DNA of 62,953 nucleotides, filler included, from Octopus bimaculoides (GCF_001194135.2; 6 parts of 6 records of this genome joined end to end with filler, not necessarily neighbours in it); one strand, 5' to 3'; counted from the first letter of the whole stretch, positions 27,586 through 41,251 are shown. A program made the numbers and translations. Notes: generated by a model from the sequence alone, not told the origin.

Positions 27586-28335
27586 ATATATATATATATA
27601 TATATATNNNNNNNNNNNNNNNNNNNNNNNNNNNNNNNNNNNNNNNNNNNNNNNNNNNNNNNNNNNNNNNNNNNNNNNNNNNNNNNNNNNNNNNNNNNNN
27701 NNNNNNNNNNNNNNNNNNNNNNNNNNNNNNNNNNNNNNNNNNNNNNNNNNNNNNNNNNNNNNNNNNNNNNNNNNNNNNNNNNNNNNNNNNNNNNNNNNNN
27801 NNNNNNNNNNNNNNNNNNNNNNNNNNNNNNNNNNNNNNNNNNNNNNNNNNNNNNNNNNNNNNNNNNNNNNNNNNNNNNNNNNNNNNNNNNNNNNNNNNNN
27901 NNNNNNNNNNNNNNNNNNNNNNNNNNNNNNNNNNNNNNNNNNNNNNNNNNNNNNNNNNNNNNNNNNNNNNNNNNNNNNNNNNNNNNNNNNNNNNNNNNNN
28001 NNNNNNNNNNNNNNNNNNNNNNNNNNNNNNNNNNNNNNNNNNNNNNNNNNNNNNNNNNNNNNNNNNNNNNNNNNNNNNNNNNNNNNNNNNNNNNNNNNNN
28101 NNNNNNNNNNNNNNNNNNNNNNNNNNNNNNNNNNNNNNNNNNNNNNNNNNNNNNNNNNNNNNNNNNNNNNNNNNNNNNNNNNNNNNNNNNNNNNNNNNNN
28201 NNNNNNNNNNNNNNNNNNNNNNNNNNNNNNNNNNNNNNNNNNNNNNNNNNNNNNNNNNNNNNNNNNNNNNNNNNNNNNNNNNTATATATATATATACAGA
28301 CAGACAGACACACACACACATGTATATATACACAA

Positions 28336-28450
<115 letters not shown>

Positions 28451-28899
28451 AAATATGCACTCATACACACATTTTCATATATTCTTATAGGCATGTGTGT
28501 GTACGTGTGTGTATATATACATCGCTTTAATTGAATAGATTTTAAGAACATATGAATCACATAAAGAATATTGAACTGAGTTTAGTAATCTATGGTTGAC
28601 AAGACTGAAAAATACTGATAATATTTTCCACGGACGCAGACCCACAGACACACACAAAAACGGACACACACATATGTATGTATATACCTACACATTGATG
28701 AATATCTGTGTGTATGTGTATTTGTATAGCTATAATCCAATAATCGAAGGAGAGTGATGTATCTCATAAACAACAGTTAGCGTAGTTCCACTGAAGATTG
28801 ATATCATTGTACATCACACTTAGCATTGTCAGACGTTACAATGTTTCAGTTTGCTAATAATTTGAATATATATATGAAACAGTCATTCACTGTTTATTC

Positions 28900-29250
28900 C
28901 AAAGAAGAGCCCAGTACGTTATTTTAGAATTCACCTCACCCCATGTTATAAAAGCATTGTGGTGTACTAAAAGTACCATCCATCCCATTTAAATTCAGGA
29001 CCAGGTACTGCAATAGCATAGGGTACAAAAGTTAACAGCTCTTCAATACCATACCAGAAAAAAAAGATAAGAAATAATTATAGTGTGGCCGTAGATACCT
29101 TCAGAAAAGAACTAGACATCCTTCCCTCCGCAATACAGGATGAACCAACGGCCTGAGATGAAATACAAATGAGGGCAGCGGAACCCGGCATCCTGAAACA
29201 CGAAATAGGGCCAGGCCGGAACACAAACTCACACAGTATCGATGATGTGA
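28900..29250 (+). mobile_element. 3' end of a CR1-like LINE ORF2
   Basis: KFRTRYCNSIGYKS*QLFNTIPE...VDTFRKELDILPSAIQDEP...RAAE, typical of a CR1-group ORF2 C-terminus (LFNxLP...FKxxLDxxLxxIPDEP). Confidence 0.6.
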
Positions 29251-29614
29251 TCCCCTTCCCATCAGCCAGAGGAAATCAGCAAAATCACAGTCGTGTTCCA
29301 GCACGACCACGGACGAATGGCTGAAACGAATAAGAGCATAAAAGAATATATATATATTCATGTACGGAATAGACAAAGAAACACAGGAAGAAGCAGGTCG
29401 ATATAATTACCCCTTAGTTACTTAAACACTTCTAGCCTACCTATCACTTGAATGTTTAAACAATCCTAACATANNNNNNNNNNNNNNNNNNNNNNNNNNN
29501 NNNNNNNNNNNNNNNNNTTAATTAATTAANNNNNNNNNNNNNNNNNNNNNNNNNNNNNNNNNNNNNNNNNNNNATATATATATATATATATATATGTGCG
29601 TGTACATGTTTGTG

Positions 29615-29815
29615 TCTGTGTTTGTGCCCCCAACATCGCTTGACAACCGATAGTGGTGTGTTTACTTCCCTGTAACTTAGCGGTTCAGCAAAAGAGACCG
29701 ATAGAATAAGTACTAGGCTTACAAAGAATAAGTCCTGGGGTCGATTTGCTCGACTAAAGGCAGTGCTCCAGCATGGCCACAGTCAAATGACTGAAACAAA
29801 TAAAAGAAAAAAAAG
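29615..29815 (+). mobile_element. Family-A SINE
   Basis: catcgcttgacaaccgatagtggtgtgtttac...gtcctggggtcgatttgctcgactaaaggcagtgctccagcatggccacagtcaaatgactgaaac. Confidence 0.85.
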
Positions 29816-29918
29816 AGAAAAAAATACATGTATATACATATACATATATGTATACATATACATATATACATATATATATGTATATATATATAAATATATA
29901 TATATATCTTCTATATAT

Positions 29919-30033
29919 CTTCGTTTAACGTCCGCTTTCCATGGTAGCATGGGTTGGACGATTTGACTGAGTACTGGTGAAACAGGCTCCAATCTGATTT
30001 GGCAGAGTTTCTACAGCTGGATGCCCTTCCTAA
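29919..30033 (-). mobile_element. SINE or LINE-tail fragment, same family as 55340-55613
   Basis: Reverse of ttaggaagggcatccagctgtagaaactctgccaaat...aatcgtccaacccatgctagcatggaaagcggacgttaaa. Confidence 0.8.
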
Positions 30034-30099
30034 GTGGTAATTATAGTTGCATTGGTGGATATATATCATTTCGTATCCAGTTTACTCTGTGCATTGTTT

Positions 30100-32700
30100 A
30101 CTTAAAGGACACCCCGGGGGATACCACTTAGGATTTGAGTTTCCTCAGAAAGGGCGCCATTGGCTGCAACCACCTGACTTGTGTTTTTAAGGAAGTCATG
30201 CAGCCACTCTCCCAGTTTACCGGCAATGCCAACGTCTCATAGCTTATCATTTATCATGCCATGATCTACCTTATCAAATGCCTTTTCAATGTCAATGAAT
30301 ATTACACTGCCATCTGAATGGTCAAGCAACTATTTCAAAACCCAGTCATAGTGCTATAGGAGCTATGTGAGGCAGCCTCTTCCTGGACGGAAGCCATGCT
30401 GAGTATTGTTCAGTTGGTCATTTTCTTCTAGGAACATTATCAACTTCTTTCTGATGATTCACTCCATGAACTTTACCGATATGCGAATTCAGAGAGATTG
30501 GCCTGTAATTTTTGGCCTCTGCTCTGCTTCCACCTTTGTGGACGGGGCATATAATACCTTCTTTCAGCTTTTTTGGAAGTATACCACTTGCAAGGAAACT
30601 TTGGAAAAGTATCTGAAGTGGTTTCACTAAAGCCTGCTTACATGACTTTCAGAGAATAGCTGGGAAGCCATCAAGACCAGTAGTGGAGCAGGAGCTCCTT
30701 TCATCTAAGGCCGCTGCTACATCTGTTTCCTCAATGTTGATGCAATCGATAGCTGGCGCCTCCTTTTTAAGAGCTGCAATATCAAAGAATTCAGCCAGAT
30801 TTTGTTATCGCCATGTGTCCAAAGGGGGAAGTGAAGACACTTTTAAATTGTTCAGTGAGTCTGCTGTCAGTGAGTCATTTCCTTGGAACAATGGTCCTAT
30901 TTTATATTGTTTTCTGGCTGTTTCTTCCTTTGCAAATTTATAGAAAGCTTTGGCATTTGTTTTTATGCTTTCCACAGCTCTCTTCTCAATCTCTGCTCTC
31001 TCTCCCTTTCATGAAAGAGTTTGATCTTGTTTTAAATTTCTAGGAGCATCTGTGTGAAGACAGACTTCTCTCTATCCTTCAGTTTCTATTCAGGCGCTTT
31101 GAGAGCTTTGATCTACGTCTCATGAGGATTTTTCTGTCCCTGGGAATCTTGTTTGACAGTGTGCTGGTGTTTCTTTCTGGGACATATTTAGTGCATAGAG
31201 CTTGCACGGTTGACAAAAACTGGCTGAGTTTCAGATCAATGTCTTGCATACACAGAATGTTGGACCAGTTTTGTTTGTGGATCTCTTTGCAGATCGATTC
31301 CCATTTCGCCTTATGGAAATTCAGGTCGGATAAGGCTTGAGTCATCCTGATAGGGTAGATAGCAACAGTTTGCGCAGGACCATACATAGTTCAACAATGT
31401 TGTGATCTGAGAGTGCCGTTGGTGTCACCTTCACATTATTTGTGAAGCATAGGTCCAATATGTTGTTTTCCCTCGTTGGCCTGAGTATCACTTGCTCCAT
31501 GAACAGCAGATTATTAAGTTCAAGGATGTGGCCTTCTGGCCATTTGACATGTGGGAGGTTTAAATCACCCAGGAAGAGTATGTTGATGTTCTGATCTAGG
31601 TTTGTTAATACCTCTTCGATGTGTTTGAGGCTATCCTCAAATTTTCCATCATATTTTGTGGTATTCAGCGGATGATGTATTATGCATACAGCTACTTCAA
31701 AATACAAGAAGTGTGACATCTTCACGTATGTATATAGCAACTCCGCCGTGGCTTCTTTCTCTTCTGTCTGTGCAAAATACAGCATACCCTGGTATGTGCA
31801 CATCCATATCTGTTACATCAGGGGCTAGACGCGTTTCAGTGAGTGCCATGCATATTGCTTGATTGCATGTAGCAAGCTCTTTTAGATGGAGAATTTTACT
31901 TCTGTTGCTGAGTTGTAATAGACCTCCAATGTTCAGTAGGAATATGGGTGTGATAGCTGAGTAGGTGTTAGTGGTGGCCATCCTCGGCCTGTCACTTGAG
32001 GCAGTGTTGTGCATTGGAATGCATGGCTTTGAGTTTACATCCTGTTTATCCATGTCAGCTGCTGCACTATCTTCTGGGCCCTGTTCAAAAACGATTGTTG
32101 TTCGATTTCTGCTGTTCGTACAGCCTCTGCATATTGCCTTTTGAGGGGTGCAGAATGCATGCAGTAATATCTTTTCCTGACATGTTTCTTCCAGTTGGTG
32201 CACTTTTAGTCTGCAGATCCAGGCTTCGTTTCCCTCTCTGTTTTTGCTGGTTTTCTTTCAGGTTTCCCTGCTTGTTATTCTGTGAAGCTTTGGGATGGGC
32301 AAAGCTGCAGCCCTCTCCAGTTTTTCCATGCCAGCAGGTGCCATTTAAGTAAAATTTACATACAGCCTGAGTTCTGTCACTTTCCATCCTTATGCTTCTT
32401 TGTTTTCCCTTTTACTGTTTTGGGTATTTTGTCTTTCTTTTTTCTTGTCCTTCCTGTTACCTTTGGACATCAGAACATCAGTTTTCCTGGCTGTGTCAAT
32501 TTTTTTATCTGCCTCTGTTTATAACCACAGTCCAGCTTTGGCTATCTTTATTGCAGCCTTGGCTGCTGTCAATGTGCTTTTTGGAGCCAGTGGTGTTCAC
32601 AAATTCTTTTACAGTACTGTTTTTGGGGTGAGTGACGTTTGAAGTTTCTTTTCTGATACTCTCTGTTTCTCCTTCATTCAATCCCAGACATGCAGGGTTG
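30100..32700 (-). mobile_element. Decayed CR1-group LINE: basic/CCCH leader, AP endonuclease and N-terminal RT
   Basis: CCCH finger (32295-32360). APE motifs NIGGL, LTETRL, DRRERSHGGVAIYI, GDLNLPHVKW, PTRENNILDLCFTN, SDHNIV. RT motifs CPVHKGGSRAEAKNYRPISL, QHGFRPGR, FIDIEKAFDKVDH, SGIPRG. It breaks off before YADD and has many frameshifts. Confidence 0.9.
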
Positions 32701-32961
32701 TCATCGAGAAACTACTATCTCCATTATGTTTTCTAGAAGGTTGATATGTGGCTTGACAAGAGCATAGGAGCGTATGAACACTGGTTTCTTTCGAACGATT
32801 TGTACCATGGACCTCTGATAACCAAACATGCATATAAATATACATATTCACACATATATATACATGCAAATGTATAGATATACACACACATATATATATG
32901 CATGCATACATATGTATACATGTACATACATATATATACATGCAATTATATATACATAAAC

Positions 32962-33024
<63 letters not shown>

Positions 33025-33358
33025 NNNNNNNNNNNNNNNNNNNNNNNNNNNNNNNNNNNNNNNNNNNNNNNNNNNNNNNNNNNNNNNNNNNNNNNNNNNN
33101 NNNNNNNNNNNNNNNNNNNNNNNNNNNNNNNNNNNNNNNNNNNNNNNNNNNNNNNNNNNNNNNNNNNNNNNNNNNNNNNNNNNNNNNNNNNNNNNNNNNN
33201 NNNNNNNNNNNNNNNNNNNNNNNNNNNNNNNNNNNNNNNNNNNNNNNNNNNNNNNNNNNNNNNNNNNNNNNNNNNNNNNNNNNNNNNNNNNNNNNNNNNN
33301 NNNNNNNNNNNNNNNNNNNNNNNNNNNNNNNNNNNNNNNNNNNNNNNNNNNNNNNNNN

Positions 33359-33420
<62 letters not shown>

Positions 33421-34048
33421 ACATGCAAATGTATAGATATACACACATATATATACATGCATATACATGTATACATATACAAACATATATATCCATGCAT
33501 TTATATATACATAAACATATATATACATATACACACACATATATATATATATACACACACATATNNNNNNNNNNNNNNNNNNNNNNNNNNNNNNNNNNNN
33601 NNNNNNNNNNNNNNNNNNNNNNNNNNNNNNNNNNNNNNNNNNNNNNNNNNNNNNNNNNNNNNNNATATATATATATATATATAACCTTCCAATGCGCCCG
33701 GACACACACACTCTCCCATCTGAACTAAAAACAAAATTTTGAATGTGCATCCATTCGCTGACTTTGTGTTTAAAATATTTTTTAAGTGAGAGAGAGATAG
33801 AGAAAAAAAATGGTGAAGAGATACATGCAACGTGAAATAAGAGAAAAGAATAAAACTTAGAAGGGATTATTTGATCATCTCGGCTATTCTATAGCCACGG
33901 TGATATGTTAATTTGAAGCGGTATATGTTGCAATCAGAAACCGGCAGAGGGAATTAAAACATTTTTCGACATGTTATGGCCAAACAAGAGGATGAAATTT
34001 AGAACAGTAGACGTCGTTCTACCCGAATGGTTAACTAGTTTAGAGTAG

Positions 34049-34072
34049 ACATAACGTTTCTTCATCAGATGT
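34049..34072 (-). other. Hammerhead core remnant lacking stem II
   Basis: Minus strand ACAT-CTGATGA-A-GAAA-CG-T-T-ATGT. Confidence 0.4.
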
Positions 34073-35387
34073 GTAGATTGGTAGGTAAAAATTTCGTTAA
34101 CAGGACAGCTATTTGCACAAATAATGAATGAAAGAAAGAAAGATTGTTCTAGATAATAATGAACCTTAAAAAGCAAGTACTAATTAAGGAGCAAGTTCAT
34201 TTTGACATTAACACCCGACTAGAGATAACATTAAATGTCCTCAGAAACACACACACACACACTAGATACATAAATGAAAATGACAATTTTATAACAAGAT
34301 AGATAGATATATAATTTATGCATAAAGCAACATTTCAATGAAGAAGAGACACATGTGAATATAATTATCAAACATTTATGAGACTAGTATCGAGTGACAG
34401 AAGTCACTAGGCTGGTTATATCCGGGTTAATTTATATCTGCTTCGATGCTATGTGCAACATCTACCTACCTACCTACTACTTTATTATAGTAATCTAATT
34501 CGGCCTTCGTTTTGCCGCTTTCCACCTTAGCTTTTAATCGTAGCCGAGTCTTTTACTAGCAGCAGATGGACTAAAACAGCTGGGATGGAATAATCCATCA
34601 TATTTTTACTTTTGCTTTTATTTCAAACATCTTATATATTTATAATGTCATTCGTTTATCTTGCGCTGAATGAATGAACGACGATTTAATTTTTAATGAA
34701 TGGAAAAGTTGTAGATACTGCTGTCAAAGGAATAAACAGTAAAAAGAATATGTGATGTTACAAATGGAAAAAAAAAAAAACGAGGGAGGAGATAAATTGT
34801 GATATAAAATCGACCCCGACCAGGTTTTAATTTCCTATGACACAATTCTCCACTGACAGACTTTAACACTACCACAAAGATCATATATTTTTCCCTTCCC
34901 CAACATCATAAATAGATGCGAGCTTAATTATTAAATATTTCATTACAAATGATCCGTACCCTTGACAACCGTCCAAGTAGAATGATTCATAATGTGAAAC
35001 ATACCCGTTTTAAATACATTAACAAATGTCCCCTTTTTTGTAAAATTTGATAACAGCCAAATAAATTCTGAACAGAAATATTTCAAGTCTATAATATGAG
35101 GAGAAGAAAAAAATGAGAAAGAAAACATTGTATATCGACGGGTTTGTGAATGTGAAGAAACGTTTACGCCACAGAAATAATAATTCGATTTCCCTGTAGA
35201 ACATTAAAATAATCGATAATATTATATTTTCCTGTGTAAACCGACGAAAAGGAGGAATATTCCGTCTTAAAACCATACAAGGTGGCGAAATAACAATTAA
35301 CAAGTTCCCCAGTAACGAGAACAGCAATTTGCAAGCAACAGAATGCTGAGCTTTATTTCATAATGATGATGATGATAATTCTTTTGT

Positions 35388-35503
35388 ACTGTAGGCACAC
35401 GACCATTATATTTTGAGGGGAGGGGGCTAGTCAGTAACATTGACCCTAGTACTTTATTTTAAAGGCACAGTTGACCTCGACAGATTTTGAACTCTGAACG
35501 TAG
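35388..35503 (-). mobile_element. Decayed family-B SINE
   Basis: gaggggagggggctagtcagtaacattgaccctagtac...aaaggcacagttgacctcgacagattttgaactctgaacgt. Confidence 0.6.
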
Positions 35504-36349
35504 TCGAAAATAATAATGATTGTCTTTTATTTACCACAGGGGCACCAGATAAGGAGGGTGGGGCGATGGACATTACAAGAACAGTTTACAACCGGAGGGG
35601 GGTGGGCATAAAAAATAAGAAGAGGAAAAGGGAGAGGAGGAGGAGGAGAATAATAAAAATAAATAAATACAAGAAACTGCATTACACAGATGGACAATCT
35701 GTGTATACATGTATATGTTTATGTAAAATATAATTAAATATATTTTATTTAAATGAAGCAAGATTGTGAGCAAAACGGTTTTTAAAAAAATCCAAGTTTG
35801 ATGAAGCATACTGCAGTCGGAAAGCTAGAGATGTGCAGAGATAATTCCGACTTGTGGAGAAAGAATGGCCAGAGAGAGAGACAAATATAAACCGGACTGT
35901 TTAAAGCATTCTGTCGGAACTGACTGCGATCAAAAAATGTTGAGTGATCGATCTTTGGTTCGTTCCACTCAGCTCAGCTATTTTCTACATCACATGACGA
36001 TATTCTATCAATGTCTTCGAAATGATAACAATATTCCAATCAAATGGTAAGCTATCGATGAGAAAGCTAACAGTAAAGAACCTAAAAATGGTACGACAAC
36101 CTTCGATTTCTACTGTTCAACAACTATATATATATATAATCAGTGAGCCTCCTCCATTCTTCATTCGCTCGCTTTAATTCCTTGGTCGATCACACAGTAT
36201 ATATTATAGATAATACACACACACACACATGTATACAAGCAAGCAAACTTTTATGACATTGATTTCTACCCATGTATCCAACAAGCATATCCCTATTTTC
36301 GATTTTGTTTAATGGTGTTCTGTCTATTCTGCAGGAGAAGAAATTGGCA

Positions 36350-36378
<29 letters not shown>

Positions 36379-36383
<5 letters not shown>

Positions 36384-36953
36384 CAACCCGACCATTCTAC
36401 TTTAAAAATCTGTAAAAAAAATAAAAGGGTGGGGAGCAGAATTCACAAAAACCCCTTATGCGTCGATTGGTTAAAATCAAGTGTAAAACTACATTGAACA
36501 GAAATGAGTTGAGTTCGTGGTAGGAAACGGTTAACTTTCGATAGTGACTGAAACAAGGCTGAATATTTCGAAGACAAATGGTTCTAATAAGGAGACGAGG
36601 GAGAAGAGAGAGAGAGAATGGGAGAGAGTGAATGTCGCTCGTGTTAACCAGACCTGCTAAATCACCGACTGCCTTCTTGTGTAAATAAATATAAACCTCA
36701 GAGAATGGCAGAAACAGGGGGTGTTGAGGTGCAATCAGTCGCACTATTGTGCATTTATGCATACACTAACACCTGTCGAAGAAACAGCACACTTGTTCGC
36801 ATGTGACTTGGCAAGCTTGTTGCAAGGAATAAACTTGCTCAGTTCTGTTCAGAAATGCACGCAAGTGAAGGAACGATCATGACAATTTATGCAGAAATAA
36901 AAAAATCTGATGAACTAAACCGTGTGCACTAAAAGGTTACCTTGTGGTCACCA
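36379..36953 (+). mobile_element. Possible solo LTR
   Basis: TGTGAC start at the end of a (TG)n run, ...GGTCACCA end, gattgg, TATAAA (~36691) and AATAAA (~36828). No TSD can be verified. Confidence 0.3.
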
Positions 36954-38242
36954 ACAGACAGACAATTTACCATATTATCGTTTCCGAGCAGACAGTCAGT
37001 TCCTCTAATAGCTACCTATTGCCACCATTCTACGATGGAAATGCTAAAACTCACAAACCCACATACATAGATACATGTTAATGATTTCAAATTGAGCCAG
37101 AATGGAAAAGCAACTAGCCATTGACTTTCCACGGTTAAATGTTGGCAAAGCTTGGTCAGAGTAAGAAGACATTGCATAATAATTATAACAGTAATTAGTC
37201 TCTGCTAATCCAAGTCAATTCGAGATTTATACAGCCATAGAGGGAGAAACACAACAGATGCAGCAACATTTCATAATATTTTAAAATATTAATTCGTTAT
37301 CTAATCATCCTAGATAGGAAAAATACAACTGCATTAATCGTATTAAATGAAAATCGCACATAAATCAAAATGGTCTGAAAAAACAAAAGACAAAAAAAAC
37401 AACTATTACCCATATTTTACCAAATTAAAATTTTCATAGAATCGATATTTATCAGAAAATAATACAGCTACATCATACATTGATTTTTTTTTTTTTTAAA
37501 TTTGGCTGATTTTTTTTTTTTTTTTTTACCAATTTTCGAAGACAGAAAAAAATGTTCAACTCCAAGAGAATGGGAATTATTATGATTATGACTATTATTA
37601 TTATTGCCACAGGAATTATTGATGTGTCGTCGTTGTTAGATGAACAGAATGGCTACTTAAGAATAGCCTTCAAGTCTTTTATGGTGCAAAAGAAACGGGG
37701 CATGGAAAATATTTGCCAGGAAATAGATTTGCCGTAAAGCCAGCTTACCTGGGAAAATACTCAATTGTCATTTATTGTTTTTTTTTTTAATTAATTAATT
37801 AAATGAATAGACAAACATTTCACAGACATAAATGAATTACTATCATATTTGGAATATATTTTGACAAGTTCATATTAGTGGAAGATATTATGGAACAAGA
37901 CCAGTAATAGTGCTTTCATTTCATTTTAAAACCTAAATATATTTTCTAAAAGTCAAGAACCACCTCTAAAAATACCAGCATTATCACAAATGTATCGTCA
38001 CACACACTTTATGTAATTTAGTCTAAATCGCAGAAAGCTGGACCAATTCTTGAGCACAGTAGACAGACCGTTTCAGAGTTAAAATTCCCATCCAAATCGA
38101 CAAAATACCAGAAATATATTCAATATTTCACTAATTAATTCCTTCTATAGAAATAAGTTTTCAATCCTTATATATATATATATATAAATACACACAAACA
38201 CACATATATATACACACACACATACACACACATTTATATACC

Positions 38243-38416
38243 CACATTTATATATATATATAAATATATACATATATATAAATATATACATATATATATA
38301 CATATATAAATATATACATATATATATACATATATAAATATATACATATATAAATATATACATATATAAATATATACATATATATATATACATATATAAA
38401 TATATACATATATATA
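38243..38416. repeat. 18-bp-unit AT minisatellite (catatatataaatatata)n
   Basis: Direct reading; imperfect units running into the gap. Confidence 0.85.
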
Positions 38417-38516
38417 NNNNNNNNNNNNNNNNNNNNNNNNNNNNNNNNNNNNNNNNNNNNTTAATTAATTAANNNNNNNNNNNNNNNNNNNNNNNNNNNN
38501 NNNNNNNNNNNNNNNN

Positions 38517-38567
<51 letters not shown>

Positions 38568-39126
38568 CACACACAGGAATACATAGACACACACTCACTC
38601 GTTTATATGTATACACATACATACACACGCACACATGATCAGAATGACAACCTCCGGCAGTTGTAGCTTGCAATTGTCATTTGATTTCTTCGATTTATTT
38701 CTCCCACATAAGTTATACCTTTTCATAATGCATATTCACTAAACAACACGCTTCCTTTTCGTTTTCCTTAAGATCTTCATGTTTCATGTCTACCTGTTGA
38801 AAATAGGTAAACTTTTACCATTCAATTTCACATCAATGTATCATTCACGTGTCATTATAACAGAGTGGCAGATAACGTTCCTGGAAATTGATATGCTTTT
38901 GAAAATTTGGAGATTGTCAATAGGATGTAGCAGATGTTAGTGCTGTTACCTCTAAAGAGTAAATAACACAATACATGTGTCGACTAAAGATATATTTGTG
39001 GAATTTGAAGGCTCAACTATCACGTTAACTAATGGTTTCCTCTCGGTCGGGAAATCTTCAGGTGGAGGAATACCACGGGATGAAACCACTGAACACTATT
39101 ATGAAATAAGCTATTATATACGTTTA

Positions 39127-39450
39127 GAAGGTGCATGTCAGTGGTTTGAGCGTCGGGCTCTCAATCATGAGGTAGAGTTATTCGATTCTCGGACAGGGCT
39201 GTGTGTTGTGTTCTTGCGTAAGACACTATTTCACGTTGCTCCAGTTCACTCAGCTGTAGAAATGAGTTCCTGGTACCAAACTGTATCGGCATTTCCCTTG
39301 GATAACCTTGGTAGCGTGGAGAAGGAAGGCTGGAATGCAGGGGCAACTGATGGTCTTCCATAAACATCCTGGCCCGGACTTGTGCTGCGGAGAGGAACTT
39401 TCTAAGTGCAATCCCATAGTCATTCATGACCGAGGTGGGGGGGGGGATCT
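39127..39450 (+). mobile_element. tRNA-derived SINE, family C
   Basis: cagtggtttgagcgtcgggctctcaatcatgaggtagagttattcgattctcgg head; ...gaactttctaagtgcaatcccatagtcattcatgaccg end. Confidence 0.8.
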
Positions 39451-40920
39451 TTACGTTTAGTTAATCAGTAGCTGTGTTGACTAATAGTAAACATACAAAA
39501 GAACTAATAACGGAATAAATATTTTGTTAGACGAAAAAAGTGAAGTTTAAAGTTTCGGAAATTAGACCTCTTCAGTGAAAGGTATGAGTCTTGGTCGTTT
39601 CTTCGCGGCATATAGTATATTTCACTGCCTGAACATTTTTACGCACGCATTTATATAACATTCAAATTCTTCTTAATAAGAAGAAAGTGTTTTCTAGCAA
39701 AGAAACAAAACTCCGCCGCTGGAAATTTTTTTACAAACAACTACTAAAAATTATGATTCTTTCTTTTATCTTTTTTATTTGCTTCAATACTTGAACTACA
39801 GCAATGCTACGGTTTTCATATTTTAACTGTTCTACTTACAGATTGCATTTGCAGAGTATCTGTTAACTGATTACTTCCTTTGCGTGATTGCCTGAGAAGC
39901 CCAGTTTTTCAAGTTTACGACGTAAACATTTAGTAGCATAGCTATGCATTATATATTATTGATGTAATAAATATGAATCTATAATCTAGATAAATAAGCT
40001 GTATATTTTGAAGTAATTGTTCTCAAATATTCTCTTTCTCGCTGACCTTGAAAGAAATGATTACCTTTACAGGCCTGCCGAACTCTATAATGACATAATT
40101 ATTCTTTTCTTTCTCAAACACCAGATTGCTATGTTTTCACAGGTCGAAGTTTTGATAGGAATATTCAACCAATATTCCTTGTGCCGGTTCTCTGTTTTTC
40201 TTTCAGAACAGTTTTTCCTGCAGATTGAATTGTATATTGTTTTGCAACAACATCTTGCCACATTGAAAGGCAACACTTTAACGGCAGTTATGGACAGCTG
40301 GTGTTGACATATGTTATATCTTCCACAGAAATGTAACATAACCGACGTTCATTTTCTGTGGCATTTGGGCAGTTAAGTACTTTCAATCGCTTTTCTTTGT
40401 TGAGCATTTTGTTGTCATCTTTTGCACTTAGGTTACAAAAGTTATTTATATACTATTGAAAGTTTGACGTGATGAAACGGTCATAAGTTCAAGAAAAGCT
40501 ACTCATCGCATTGATATTACGATCAAGATTATGTTTGCGTGAAATATCCTCATGCATAACCATTTTTCGGGACGCAGAGTGTTTCCAATCCACTTACTTT
40601 TTACTTATGATAATTCTGCAGTTATGGGACTGCAGGTAAAGTCTACGTTTGCTTTGGTCTTATCTTTCGAATTGTTCTTATATAGTGTTTCTAGACTAGA
40701 ATTAAGACTCTTTAATCCGAATATAAAAATTCTCATATGTATGTATGTATTCGTGCGCGCGCGTCTGTGTGCTCCCTATAAATTTTGATAGTTTAAACGT
40801 CAGACCTATTCTTGGGTACATTTTAAGGCTCCGATTCCAAATATTTCATCAGCTTTGCTACATCAATACTAGTTTTAGAGATATGGCATATCCTTTACAA
40901 AAAAAAAAAAAGGATAAACA

Positions 40921-41251
40921 ACCCCTTCGATCATGAATGACCATGAGATTGCACTGAGAAAGTTCCTCCCTGAGAAACAAGTTTATGCAATGTTTTATTA
41001 TGGAAGACCAGTAGTCGCCCATGCATAGCAGTCTTCCCTCTCCCCGCCATCGATGCTATCCAAGGGAATGACAAAAGCCAATACAACTTGGCACCAGTGA
41101 CGTTGCAACTCGTTTCTATAACTGAGTGAACTAGAGCAACATGAAATAAAGTATCTTGCTCAAAAATACAGCACACAGCTCGGTCCGGTAATCGAACTCA
41201 CTTTCTCTTGATTGCGAGCCCAACGCTCTAACTACTGAGTCTGGTGCCTTC
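40921..41251 (-). mobile_element. Family-C SINE, inverted relative to the 39127 copy
   Basis: Its reverse complement ends gaactttctcagtgcaatctcatggtcattcatgatcgaaggggt, matching the 39127 copy. Confidence 0.8.

Noticed and set aside
32820-33560. Repeated ~110-bp AT-rich units that could look like a CRISPR or structured array
   Set aside because: Degenerate TA/CA minisatellite with no constant repeat and unique spacers, in a eukaryotic context.
38977-39363. 128-aa ORF
   Set aside because: Two thirds of it is read through a family-C SINE.
40017-40440. Overlapping short ORFs on both strands
   Set aside because: No recognisable domain; probably decayed repeat or chance.
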